A stretch of 64,000 bases of DNA, taken from contig CAXHAT010000003.1 in the NCBI GenBank assembly GCA_964014485.1, positions 1 through 64,000 on the forward strand, read 5' to 3'. The translations under genes and the position numbers were made by a program. A model generated the notes under the pieces. It worked only from the letters and a program-made list of their open reading frames with translations. It made no database searches and had not been told where the DNA came from. The first letter of the stretch is position 1. Each line of letters begins with the position of its first letter. This DNA comes from an uncultured Deferribacteres bacterium (GTDB lineage Bacteria > Zhuqueibacterota > Zhuqueibacteria > Zhuqueibacterales > Geothermadaptataceae). This document shows, in pieces, positions 10,267 to 21,500 of the stretch.

Positions 10267-12294
10267 ATGAAACACAAATCATTTTTCCAATTGATTGCTG
10301 TCGCGGTTTTATTAACCGCACCCGCCGTTTTTGCTCAGGAATCGATCAAAAAGCTCACCCTTGACATGTACGCCGATTTCGAAGGCGTACGCGGCCCGCA
10401 GGTTTCTCCGGACGGACGGCAGATCGTTTTTGCCCGCACCTGGACGAATATGCAGGAAGATTCGCGCGAATCATCGCTTTGGATCATGAACGCTGACGGT
10501 TCGAAAAAGCGGTACCTGCTCGACGGCGGCTCGCCGCAATGGTCGCCGGACGGCTCACGCATCGCGTTTGTGAAGCGCGGTGAACCAAAAGGCGCGCAAA
10601 TCCACGTACGCTGGATGGATGCGGAAGGCGCAGTGACGCAAATTACCCGGCTTGAAAAATCCCCGTCAAACATTCGCTGGTCGCCGGACGGCAAATGGAT
10701 CGCATTTACCATGATTGTGCTCGAAAACGACCGCTGGTCGATTAAATTGCCTGCGCGTCCCAAGGGCGCGAAGTGGACGGAAGGCCCGCGCATAATTGAC
10801 CGTTTGCGTTATCGCCGAGACCGGCGCGGATTTCTCGAGGACGGCTTTACGCATGTTTTCGTCGTTCCGGCGGACGGCGGTTCGCCGCGTCAAATTACCT
10901 CCGGCGATTACAATCATTCCTCGCCTGAGTGGATGCCCGACGGCAAATCAATCCTTGTCAGCGGCTTGCGCATGGACGAAGCGGAATATCAGTGGCGCGA
11001 ATCTGAAATCTACGAAATTGACGTAGAAAGCGGCGAGACGACCGCGCTGACAAAACGCAAAGGCCCGGACTTTGGCCCAGTTCCTTCCCCTGACGGTAAG
11101 CTCGTCGCTTATTCCGGTTACGATCACACAACCGATACTTTTATCGAGCGCAAACTCTACGTCATGAACAGCGACGGCTCAAATCCGCGCGAGATTTCCG
11201 GCGACCTGGATCGCAGCCCCGGCGGACTCATCTGGTCTAGCGATAGCAAGGGTGTTTATTTTACGGCGCGAGATCGTGGAACGAGTAATTTCTACTTTGC
11301 TTCAACGGCGGGCAAAGTGAAAAAAGTCACCGACGGAAACCACATGCTTTCGGTCTCCAGCGTGGACAGTCGTGGTATGGCGGTTGGAACGCTCGGCAGT
11401 TCCCACGAGCCGGGAGACGTTGTTAGTTTTGCACTGAAAAATCCGGCGCAAATGGCGCGATTAACTGAAGTGAACGCCGATGTTTTGCACGGCGTCACCC
11501 TCGGTGAAGTGGAAGAAATCTGGTACAAGTCCGTGGAAGATTTTGACATTCAAGGCTGGATCGTCAAACCGCCGGATTTTGATCCGGAAAAGCAATACCC
11601 GATGATTCTTTCCATACACGGCGGGCCGCACGGCATGTACAACGTCGGCTTCAACTACCGCTGGCAGATGCACGCGGCGGAAGGCTATGTTGTGCTTTAC
11701 ACCAACCCGCGCGGCAGCTCCGGCTACGGCAGCGCTTTTGGCAATGCGATCAAAAACGCTTATCCCGGCAAGGATTATGATGATTTGATGAAAGGCGTGG
11801 ACGAAGTTGTGGCGCGCGGCTATGTCGATGAAGACAATCTTTTTGTTTACGGCGGCTCCGGCGGCGGCGTGCTCACCGCATGGATTGTGGGGAAGACGGA
11901 TCGCTTTGCGGCGGCTTCGTCAAACTACCCGGTGATCAATTGGATGAGTTTTGTTGGCACGACCGACGGTGCGAGCTGGTACCGCAACTTCAAAAAATAT
12001 CCGTGGGAAGACCCGTCCGAGCATTTGCAGCGTTCGCCGCTAATGTACGCCGGAAACGTTAAAACGCCGACCATGTTGATGACCGGCGTCAACGATCTGC
12101 GCACGCCGATTTCGCAGACGGAAGAATTTTACATGGCGCTGAAAGTGCAAAAAGTCCCGACCGTGATGCTGCGCTTCAACGACGAATGGCACGGCACGAG
12201 CGCCAAGCCGTCAAACTATCTGCGCACCGTGCTTTACCTGCACAGTTGGTTCGAAAAACACGCGCGGAACAAGGACGAAAAGAAGACGGATTAA
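10267..12294 (+). CDS. S9 family (acylaminoacyl/dipeptidyl) peptidase
   Basis: Signal peptide, WSPDG repeats, IHGGPH, GGSGGG nucleophile, D..DLR, H-GT. Confidence 0.92.
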   Translation: MKHKSFFQLIAVAVLLTAPAVFAQESIKKLTLDMYADFEGVRGPQVSPDGRQIVFARTWTNMQEDSRESSLWIMNADGSKKRYLLDGGSPQWSPDGSRIAFVKRGEPKGAQIHVRWMDAEGAVTQITRLEKSPSNIRWSPDGKWIAFTMIVLENDRWSIKLPARPKGAKWTEGPRIIDRLRYRRDRRGFLEDGFTHVFVVPADGGSPRQITSGDYNHSSPEWMPDGKSILVSGLRMDEAEYQWRESEIYEIDVESGETTALTKRKGPDFGPVPSPDGKLVAYSGYDHTTDTFIERKLYVMNSDGSNPREISGDLDRSPGGLIWSSDSKGVYFTARDRGTSNFYFASTAGKVKKVTDGNHMLSVSSVDSRGMAVGTLGSSHEPGDVVSFALKNPAQMARLTEVNADVLHGVTLGEVEEIWYKSVEDFDIQGWIVKPPDFDPEKQYPMILSIHGGPHGMYNVGFNYRWQMHAAEGYVVLYTNPRGSSGYGSAFGNAIKNAYPGKDYDDLMKGVDEVVARGYVDEDNLFVYGGSGGGVLTAWIVGKTDRFAAASSNYPVINWMSFVGTTDGASWYRNFKKYPWEDPSEHLQRSPLMYAGNVKTPTMLMTGVNDLRTPISQTEEFYMALKVQKVPTVMLRFNDEWHGTSAKPSNYLRTVLYLHSWFEKHARNKDEKKTD

Positions 12295-12761
12295 GCTGAA
12301 AAACGCCTTCATTTTGAATGGATTGATGGAATATTGGATAGCTGGATTAGTGGAGAAATCACTGTTTTCCAATATTCCAGCAATCCATCACTTCAAGGCA
12401 AGCATTTGAATAAATCGCGCAGATCATCTTGTCCTTTGCGTCGTCGTCCTTTCAGGTCTCGGTGTAGTTGACTTGCGAATGAGTTTACACAGACTTGTTC
12501 GCGCTTGGGCGGCGATAGTTTTTTTATGGTCTTGCAAAACTGGTGAGCATTTTTTTCACTATCCATCCTGCGACAGAGCACATTTTTGAGTTTTGTGTTT
12601 CACCTTACCGGTTCCATTCCTTTGTTTTTTCTCTGCGCCGTCGTCCTGCCTGATTGCACGAAAGTAGTCAACTTGCTTGAAATCAATTTCCAGAAACGCC
12701 GCCCAAGCCAAAGAAGTGATCGGGGCGAACGAATTGTCCTGATTTGGCGGCTTTAAAAATA

Positions 12762-13403
12762 ATGAATATGACGCGAATACTAGAAAATAGAATCGGCAAA
12801 AACAGGCTTGGCTGGCTGTTCGCGGAAGCGGCTTTGATTGTGTTAGGCGTTCTGCTCGGAATGATGGCAAACGAGTGGCGCGTTGCCTGGAATAATGAGC
12901 ATGAAGCCGAAAGGGCTCTGCTTGCAATACGAAATGAATTGCAAACTAACTTTGAACAAATCGAAGCCATCCTGCCCTATCACCGCCAAATTGATGATTC
13001 TCTTGAGATTCTCGCCCAACGCATCTATACGCAAAACGCAAAAATATCGCCGCTTGAAATTCTGCGTGCAATTCCAAAAGGTTTTACAACGCCGCTCATA
13101 GAAAAAAACGCTTGGGAGCTACTCAACCGCACGGGCGCGATCAGCAATATCGATTTTGATTTGGCGTCTGCGCTTTCAAAGCTCTACAGTCAGCAAGCGT
13201 TTTATCAAAGCAAACTCGATATTATTGGCCAGAACTTGTACGTCGCCGGCAATCTCAACCCGGAAAACCTTGCGTCAACAGCGATTGCGCTCGGCTTGCT
13301 TGCGAATGATATTGTCATTCAGGAAAAACGTCTGGTCGAGCGTTATCCCCAAATGATGGAACGGCTTGAAAATTACCTGGAACAAGAAAGGGAAATCCAA
13401 TGA
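12762..13403 (+). CDS. Hypothetical protein with one N-terminal TM helix and a coiled coil
   Basis: 'EAALIVLGVLLG...NEW' followed by helical domain. Confidence 0.7.
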   Translation: MNMTRILENRIGKNRLGWLFAEAALIVLGVLLGMMANEWRVAWNNEHEAERALLAIRNELQTNFEQIEAILPYHRQIDDSLEILAQRIYTQNAKISPLEILRAIPKGFTTPLIEKNAWELLNRTGAISNIDFDLASALSKLYSQQAFYQSKLDIIGQNLYVAGNLNPENLASTAIALGLLANDIVIQEKRLVERYPQMMERLENYLEQEREIQ

Positions 13404-13846
13404 CAACGCCTTCGAGCAAAACTCGCCCAAGCAGACGGCGAATCGGTTTAGTGGGGCTTTTGATCGGATTTCTGCTGAATCTGACAGGTTGGCTTGGAAA
13501 TAATTTTGTGCTGCGCGATATGTGGCGTGAAGTCGGCGCGAACTTCAGCGAAAGCGTCTGGCGGAACTCGATTTGGCGCGACGTTTTTTCATTTGTTCCG
13601 GATTTTCTTTACGGCTTTGCGATAGTTTGGCTATGCGTAAAGCTACAAGGAGAATTCTCAACGACGGGCGCATCGTTGCGTGCCGGATTCTTTGTCAGCA
13701 TGGTTGGCGGAATCACCACCTATTTTGCCATTGCCAATTCGGGATTTATTCCTTGGCTGCTGGCTCTCAGTTCATTCGTGTTGGTCTTTGCGACCAAGCT
13801 GCCTTTAGCCTTTCTCGCGGGGCGGCTTCTTTATCCTAAAAATTGA
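13400..13846 (+). CDS. Small hypothetical 4-TM membrane protein
   Basis: ATGA overlap with upstream gene; four hydrophobic segments. Confidence 0.7.
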   Translation: MTTPSSKTRPSRRRIGLVGLLIGFLLNLTGWLGNNFVLRDMWREVGANFSESVWRNSIWRDVFSFVPDFLYGFAIVWLCVKLQGEFSTTGASLRAGFFVSMVGGITTYFAIANSGFIPWLLALSSFVLVFATKLPLAFLAGRLLYPKN

Positions 13847-14530
13847 ACTACAAAAGTTCGCTTGTCAAAATTCGAAGAAGTTTTAGAATTTTATACAAGC
13901 GATGAGAGTGAAAGGTCTTAAATTGAAATATCGTTTATGAAGACGCGCTTGAATATAATCTCGAATGAGTTTCTTAACGCTTGCTCTCAGACTGTAAACG
14001 ATGGCCTGCAAGCGCGATTCGACGCTTTGCGAGATGCAGAAATATCCACTATCGACTTCAGCTTTTACATTTCAGTCGCGCCCGTCTTTTCAAGCTAGAT
14101 AGAAGGCGAAGAAACCGAACTGGACGGCTATGTGAAACACAAACGATCTGGGGTGGAATTTCAGCCAAACTATACCAAGAAAAGCGACGTCTTGTACAAC
14201 GCCTACTACTTTGTCACACTTGATTTTTTCTTTCGTTCGAAGCCGAAAAGCAGAAGAACTGAAGGAGTGCAAAGCTTGCTTTTCTTCTCATCCGGCTCAG
14301 TCGAACGAAGATCGAATGGTCCCCCAAAAGCTGGAATGAAATGCGCGATTCAGAAAAGCCTGCTATTGAAAAGCAGGGCAAGCCTTACACTTCTTTCGCG
14401 TCTCGCGGAAGCAATCGGCGGATGTTTGGGCATTGGCGTTCTATGAAAGCCATGCAGGAAAAATTGAAGTGTGACAATGTAATAGACTTGGTGAACAAAA
14501 GTTGCTTTTCCAAAACCTCAATATTATGTT

Positions 14531-14702
14531 CTAACATTTCTCACTTCAAATTGAGGCTAATTTGGAACCTTTTAGGCAAAAAATGAAGAACAAAACTCAG
14601 AGCCACCCTCAAGCGTTTTTCAAACATTACCACAATGAGTCTGGCCCTAAGGCTTTTACAAATAAAGGCTTAAGATATCCAAAATGAAGTGAGAAATGTT
14701 AG
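14531..14702. mobile_element. MITE family B (perfect 18-bp TIR, 7-bp target duplication)
   Basis: CTAACATTTCTCACTTCA ... TGAAGTGAGAAATGTTAG; TTATGTT at 14524-14530 and 14703-14709. Confidence 0.85.
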
Positions 14703-14922
14703 TTATGTTGTTGCTGGAGAGCAGACAACATAAACATACTGCGGGGCGGGTGATACAATCGATGGAAATCAGAGTCAGATATCTTTGAGCGTAAATTGAC
14801 GGTCTATAAAAAATTCAGATTAGAAATGTTTTTGCGACAATATACTGCCGCTGAATGAATTGTAGGCAACCAATCCTTTTAATTAAGTCAGGTCCTTTTA
14901 CACGATCAATTAGCTTGTCAGC

Positions 14923-15987
14923 ATGACATTACTCATCGTTTATGTGATCACCGCCTTACTCTTTTCGTTTATATGCTCAATTTCAGAAGCCGTACTGCTG
15001 AGTGTTACTACTGCTCATATCAGGGTACTTGAACAGGAAAACAAAAGTTCGGGTACACTGTTAGTCAAACTCAAGGGGGATATCAACAAACCGCTGGCTG
15101 CGATCCTAACACTAAACACCATAGCTCACACAGTTGGAGCTGTTGGCGCTGGAGCTCAAGCAACCGTGGTGTTTGGCAGTTCATGGGTAGGATTGATATC
15201 CGCAATCCTGACGCTGATGATCTTGGTATTTTCGGAGATTATCCCCAAAACGCTGGGTGCAACTTATTGGCGTGCGCTGTCAAGCATGACGGCACACTGG
15301 CTCAAATTCCTGGTATGGGCGCTGTACCCTTTTGTCTGGCTGTCTGAGCTACTGACTCGCGGTCTTTCTGGAAACAAGAAAATCGAAGGCTTCAGCCGCA
15401 AGGAGTTTGCCGCCATGGCCGATCTCGGCGAGCAGGAAGGTCAACTTGAAGCGCGAGAATCACGCATCCTGAAAAACATGTTCCTGCTACACGAAACAAA
15501 GGTCACTGATGTGATGACGCCGCGTCCGGTTGTGTTTTCATTACCCGAATCACTAACGGTTTACGAGTATTTCGATAAACACTATGATTCTCGCTTCTCG
15601 CGTATTCCAATTTATGCCGAAAACGACGAAGTCCTAACCGGCTTTGTACTAAAGGATGATCTATTATTGGCACAGGCGCGGGGCCATACGGACAACACCC
15701 TGGAATCCTATCGACATGACTTGAATACGTTATCAAGCAAGACCTCATTATCTGATGCATTTGACGAAGTGCTTCAGCAACGCACACATATCATGGTAAT
15801 CATCGATGAATATGGAGGCATGGAAGGCATTATCACCATGGAAGATATTCTGGAAACCTTGCTCGGTTTAGAGATAATGGACGAGAGCGACAAGACGGCT
15901 GACATGCAACAATACGCTCGGCGGCTGTGGAAAAAGCGAGCACGGGAAATGGGGATATCACTGCCCAAAGATGAAGAACCAACTTGA
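14923..15987 (+). CDS. CNNM/DUF21-CBS (hemolysin/CorB-like) membrane protein
   Basis: 'FSFICSISEAVLLS', 'SEIIPKT', 'DVMTPR', 'FSRIP', 'DEYGG.EG..TMED'. Confidence 0.9.
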   Translation: MTLLIVYVITALLFSFICSISEAVLLSVTTAHIRVLEQENKSSGTLLVKLKGDINKPLAAILTLNTIAHTVGAVGAGAQATVVFGSSWVGLISAILTLMILVFSEIIPKTLGATYWRALSSMTAHWLKFLVWALYPFVWLSELLTRGLSGNKKIEGFSRKEFAAMADLGEQEGQLEARESRILKNMFLLHETKVTDVMTPRPVVFSLPESLTVYEYFDKHYDSRFSRIPIYAENDEVLTGFVLKDDLLLAQARGHTDNTLESYRHDLNTLSSKTSLSDAFDEVLQQRTHIMVIIDEYGGMEGIITMEDILETLLGLEIMDESDKTADMQQYARRLWKKRAREMGISLPKDEEPT

Positions 15988-15993
15988 TTAAAT

Positions 15994-16058
15994 GTCTAAT
16001 CAACTGCTGAACACAGATTTCAAACCTGTGACTCGAAACTGGTTAGCATAACATTCTC
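15994..16058 (+). other. Degenerate attC-like recombination site
   Basis: GTCTAAT-CAAC-TGCTGAAC...GTTAGCA-TAAC: L boxes pair with one extra G; R boxes decayed; 7 bp after a stop codon. Confidence 0.4.
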
Positions 16059-16195
16059 CACAGTTATGGAGAATAGGAGGCAACTACATAGAGACGCAAG
16101 AAAAAGCGGCAAATATTAATTGTGGCTCAATCTAGGATCATAAATAACACAGAACTCCGCGGGATAGCCTGTGGGCGTCTAACATCATAGCTCTT

Positions 16196-18394
16196 ATGCT
16201 TCGCAAATATCGTCATCTCACACAGCACATATATTCGTTTTATGAAGATCTGAGGGGGGCTCTATTCGATTTGTCTATCATCGTCGGCATCATAATGTTT
16301 TATCAATTTGCCATACTGCAGACGGTGCCGGACAATTTGCCGGCCATGGTTGTCGGCCTCATGTTTGTGGCTGTTGGCCTGGCGCTTTTCTTACGCGGTC
16401 TTGAAATGGGGATATTTCCGCTCGGAGAGGATCTTTCCCAACAATTGGCGAGCTTGAGTAACCGAATCTGGATCATAATCTTCGCATTTGTGATCGGATT
16501 TGCCACGACGATTGCCGAACCGGCACTGATTGCCATCGCCGCCAAAGCCGAAATAATCAGTAATGGTGAGATTAGCGCCTTCACGCTGCGTCTGGTGGTC
16601 GCATTTTCCGTCGGCCTTGCCATCGTGATCGGCGTTTACAGGATCATCGTCAATCATCCAATCCATTGGTATATTATCGTCGGATATATCCTGGTCATTG
16701 GAATAACCTATTTCTCGCCGGAAGAGATCGTGGGGCTCGCCTACGACTCGGGCGGCATCACAACTTCGACCGTCACGGTTCCCTTAATCGCTGCTTTGGG
16801 GATTGGGCTGACCAGTAGTCTGAAGAATCGGAATCCACTCGTAGACGGATTCGGACTGATTGCTTTTGCCAGCGTCATGCCAATGATATTCGTGCAAGCC
16901 TACGGCATATTGGCATATCTCAACGTGGGAGAACCCAAAGCCTCGGAGGTGATCGTTACGGCCCTGCCGCAGGACACTGGGTGGTGGTTGTATTTGGAAA
17001 CATTCCTGGCAAGCGTTCGAGATGTGCTTCCGGTTATTACAGTGGTTCTGGTATTTTACCGGCTTGTACTGAAGAAACGGATTGAACGCTTTGGACGTCA
17101 GGCTTCCGGCTTCGGTCTAGTCATACTCGGTCTCTATGCTTTCGTAATCGGTCTGGAGATGGGACTCTTTCCAGTCGGGGAGAGTCTTTCGATCGAGCTG
17201 GCAAATAGCGGTAATCTCTGGCTTATTTTCAGTTTTTCGTTTTTAGTCGGTTTTGCGACAACGGTAGCCGAACCAGCCCTCACAGCCATCGCACGAAAGG
17301 CGGAAGAGATTAGTGACGGATCGATACAGCAGGGCTACCTGCGCATTTTCGTTGCGATCGGCGTCGGCGTCGGAATTTTATTGGGTTCCTATCGAATCAT
17401 TCACGGCGATTCGATTGTCTACTATATCATGACGGGCTACCTCGTGGTCATTGCCATGACCTATTTCGCACCTCGGACGGTCATTCCCATCGCCTATGAC
17501 AGCGGCGGCGTTACGACGAGTACGATAACCGTACCCATCGTTGCGGCTCTTGGTCTTGGTCTCGCAACAACGACGCCTGGCCGGGACCCGCTCATTGACG
17601 GATTCGGATTGATCGCGTTCGCAAGCCTGTTTCCAATGATTGCGGTTCTAGGGTATGGCATAAGCAAACGGGAGGCTATCCGGTTTCACGAACGCCGTAT
17701 CATCAGGCTCGAACAGCAGGTGATGACCAACGTAGGTCGGCATCTCGACGGTAATTTCGAAGGCGATAGCGATACGGACAGGAGATATATCAACACCCTC
17801 CCTCTTAGGAAAAAGAGAATCATTACGATTACCGGGGAGACAGGATCAGGCGTCAGTACTGTTACGAACAAGCTCGCAGATTCCCTCGGATATCGAAAAT
17901 TTAGTGCAGGTGGTATTTTCAGAACACTCGCACAGCAGTATGATATGACAGTCAATGAGTTGAACGATTTTGCACGAAGCAACCGAGTAGTCGACCGGGA
18001 GATCGATACGCTTATCCGCCGCATCGGAGAAGGAAGCGAAATCGTCCTGGACGCCCGTCTCGGTTACTACTGGATTCATGACAGCTTCCGCGTGTATCTC
18101 ACAGTTGATCCTGATATCGCGGCGCATCGGATCTATATGGATATCTGCAATGGCCGGCGGTATGAGGACGGAGCCGCCACGATCGACCAGACGATCATTA
18201 ATATGCAGAAGCAAGCCCAGAGTACACAGGATCGCTATTTCCGTGATTATGGCATTGACATCAGCAACACCAACATTTTTGATCTCATCATTGATTCGGA
18301 CGACAAATTGCCCGATGAAATCGTAACAATGATCAAGCGGGGCTACAGAACCTGGTTGAGAGATAGCGGTAAGGGAGTTCTTTTGGAAAAATAG
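16196..18394 (+). CDS. Tandem DUF1538 membrane domains fused to a C-terminal cytidylate-kinase-like domain
   Basis: Two 'AEPAL...AYDSGG.TTST.TVP...DGFGLIAFAS' repeats; then 'ITITGETGSGVST...SAGGIFR...D.EID...RY...YGID...FDLIIDS'. Confidence 0.8.
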   Translation: MLRKYRHLTQHIYSFYEDLRGALFDLSIIVGIIMFYQFAILQTVPDNLPAMVVGLMFVAVGLALFLRGLEMGIFPLGEDLSQQLASLSNRIWIIIFAFVIGFATTIAEPALIAIAAKAEIISNGEISAFTLRLVVAFSVGLAIVIGVYRIIVNHPIHWYIIVGYILVIGITYFSPEEIVGLAYDSGGITTSTVTVPLIAALGIGLTSSLKNRNPLVDGFGLIAFASVMPMIFVQAYGILAYLNVGEPKASEVIVTALPQDTGWWLYLETFLASVRDVLPVITVVLVFYRLVLKKRIERFGRQASGFGLVILGLYAFVIGLEMGLFPVGESLSIELANSGNLWLIFSFSFLVGFATTVAEPALTAIARKAEEISDGSIQQGYLRIFVAIGVGVGILLGSYRIIHGDSIVYYIMTGYLVVIAMTYFAPRTVIPIAYDSGGVTTSTITVPIVAALGLGLATTTPGRDPLIDGFGLIAFASLFPMIAVLGYGISKREAIRFHERRIIRLEQQVMTNVGRHLDGNFEGDSDTDRRYINTLPLRKKRIITITGETGSGVSTVTNKLADSLGYRKFSAGGIFRTLAQQYDMTVNELNDFARSNRVVDREIDTLIRRIGEGSEIVLDARLGYYWIHDSFRVYLTVDPDIAAHRIYMDICNGRRYEDGAATIDQTIINMQKQAQSTQDRYFRDYGIDISNTNIFDLIIDSDDKLPDEIVTMIKRGYRTWLRDSGKGVLLEK

Positions 18395-18582
18395 ATGAAG
18401 AAAAATTAGATACTAAATATAAACTTTTACTAATACCACTTTCCTTTATTGGCCATCCTCAAGTTGGTCATTTAGCCATATTGGAAAGGATGGGAAATTA
18501 AGGAAAATGGTATAATAAGGCGTTTGAGGAAGATATATTCCCTAGCACAAAAGACCGTCAACTTGTAATCAGACCCTGGTTT

Positions 18583-21500
18583 TCAAAATCCGGCATAAGC
18601 TGGCGAAACTTCTTCGCGAACTCCTGCCAAAGATTTTTTCAATTTGTCCGCCAGTTGCCGCACGAACGGCTCCACCAGCATTCCGCGCGGGGCGAAAGGG
18701 AGTTGGTGAACGTCGACGCCGTCGCGGGCGAGGGCGCCCCAGCCGAATTGCGGGTCTTCCATGCCTGAGAAAAGACGGTTAGGCCGAAACAAGGTGATTT
18801 TTCCGGGGTAGGGCGAAGGCGTGTAAGCTTCCTGGGCATGGTCGTTGATTTTCGCCAATGCTAAGTGCGGAAAGGCGCCGTTGCCGTTGCGTGACAGGCC
18901 TCGTGCGGCTTTGGTGAAGCCGGACTGAAAACGCATTTTCATCCTCTCTTTCGCCGTGCTCGTTTTTGTCTCCAAAAATTTCTTCTTTTCGCCTGCTGGG
19001 AGCTTCAGAACATTCTCTGCGTGGAAGCGCAGGTTTTGCCAGCCGAGTCGGGTTTTGCCCGCCAGTGAATAATCCTTTAAACCATGAACATTGTAGGTTT
19101 CCAGCAGCGCCAGCAGACTTACTCGCTCGCCGTCATGTACCAATCGCTGCGCAATTTCGTAAGCAATCGTTCCGCCCATGCAGTAACCGCCGAGCGCGTA
19201 CGGCCCTTCCGGCTGCAGCGCACGGATTTCTTTAAGATAAAGTTCGGCCATCTCTTCAATGGTGGTCAGCGGCGGCGTTTTGCCGTCCAGGCCTTGAGCT
19301 TGTAAGCCAAAAACAGGCTGATCTTCACCGAGCTTTCTGGCCAAGTCGCGATAAAGCAAGACGTTGCCTTCCGCGCCGTGGATCAGAAACAGCGGCGTCC
19401 TGGAACCGCCGGCCTGAATCGGTACAAGCGACGACCAGGATGATTTGCCCTTGTTGCGGCGAATCACCTGCGCCAATGCTGCAACCGTTGAGTCCTGAAA
19501 CAAGGTCGCCAATGGCAGCGCCACACCATGCGAGTCTTCGATTTTGGCAAACAATCGCGCCGCTAACAGTGAATGGCCGCCTAATTCAAAAAAATCGTCG
19601 TCCATGCCGATATTTTTCACGCCGAGCAGGCTTTCCCACGTTTTGAGCAATTGCATTTCCAGCAGGTCGCCAGCGTGACCGTTGCGTTTACCCCGTTGAA
19701 AGAGTTTTTCACGGGGTTTATCCCGTAGAAATCCATTTTCATGGGGTTTGCCGTTCGCATGAACTTTCCCGTTGAGTTCGCCGTTGGCATTGCCCTCAAA
19801 CCCCGGCGCGGGCAAAGCTTTTCGGTCGATTTTTCCGTTCGGCGTGAGCGGCATTTCGCCAACGAAGATGAAGCGCGCGGGAATCATGTAGGGCGGCAAA
19901 TCTTTTCGCAAATGCGCGCGCAAGTCAGCAGGCTGCGGCGCTTCATTTTCGCACACGAGATACGCGACCAGCGTCTGCGTCCCGCTCGCGTCCGGCGCGG
20001 CGTTGACGACCGCCTGTTTCACGCCCGCGATCTCCTGCAATTTCGCTTCAATCTCACCTGCTTCAATGCGGAAACCGCGAATCTTGATTTGGAAATCCGT
20101 GCGTCCGAGGCATTCAATGTTGCCGTCGGCGCGGTAGCGCGCCAAGTCGCCGGTGCGATAGACGCGGTGTTTAGTATTTAGTGATTGGTTGTTAGTATTC
20201 AGACCCTGGATTTTAGTGTTGATGAATTTTTCAGCGGTTAATTCGGGACGATTTAAATAACCTGTCGCGAGCCCGTCTCCCGCGATGTACAATTCGCCGG
20301 GCACGCCGACGGGGGCGGGCTGGCGATTTTCGTCGAGAATGTACATTTGCGTGTTGGCGATGGGCTTGCCGATCAGGATGGGTTCGTCCTTCGAGTCGAT
20401 TTTCATCACTGACGACCAGATCGTGGTTTCGGTCGGGCCATACATGTTCCAGAGTTCGAGATTTTGGTCGAGCAGCGCGTCACGCAGATCGGCGGGCATG
20501 GCTTCGCCGCCGCAGAGCGCTTTTTTCAGCGTCGCGTTTTGCCAGCCGCTTTCAAGCAGCAAGCGCCAGGTCGCAGGCGTGGCTTGCATGACGTTCGCTT
20601 GATGTTTGACCATCATTTCGGCGAGCAGTTTGCCGTCGGAAACGGTTTGTTTGTCCGCGAGAATCGTCGTCGCGCCGCAGGTCAGCGGCAGGAAAATTTC
20701 GAGCACTGAGATGTCGAAAGAGAGTGTCGTTACTGAAAGCAAGCGATCGCCTTCATGCAATCCGGGTTTTTCTTGCATGGCGAGCATGAAATTTACCGCC
20801 GCGCTGTGCGGAATTTGCACGCCTTTTGGCTTTCCGGTCGAGCCGGAAGTGTAGATGACGTAGACGAGGTCAGTGGCGGTTGTTGGTCTCTTGACGGCGG
20901 CTTCTACGTCATTCCCGCGCAGGCGGGAATCCAGTGGGGCGCCGCTCCTGGATTCCCGCCTGCGCGGGAATGACGAAATCTGCTCGACAGCTTCATTGAA
21001 AGCCAGTTCAATGTCTTGTGTTTCGCGCGAGGAAATTTCACTCAAATGAATAATCGGCGCATGATCCGGCGTTTTCAAATCAACCCGATCAAGATTCGTC
21101 ACCAGCGCCGAAATTTGCGCATCGTCGATCATAAATTGCAAACGCGCAGGCGGGAAACTCGGGTCGAGCGGAACGTAGGCCGCGCCGATTTTCATCACGC
21201 CGAGCAGCGCCGCGACTACTTCGGCGGAACGTTCGCAATAAACGCCGACCAGACCGCCTTTTTTGACGCCATTCTCCGACAGCAATTTCGCGAAATTATC
21301 GGCACGGTCGAGCAATTCCTGGTAAGAAAAAGAGCGATCTTCGCCGATCACCGCTGTCGCTTCCGGCGTTTTGGTCGCTTGCTGTTCGACCAAATCGTGC
21401 AATTTTAACGTCTTATCGAAATCGCGCTGCGTGTCGTTCCATTGATATAAAATCGTGTTGAGATCGTCTTCGCCGAGCATCGAAAAGCTATTCAATGACG

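Noticed and set aside
13981..14586. Short ORFs with faint RAYT-transposase-like words (YYFVT, RNRTGRL)
   Set aside because: Different frames, no HUH motif, too weak to call
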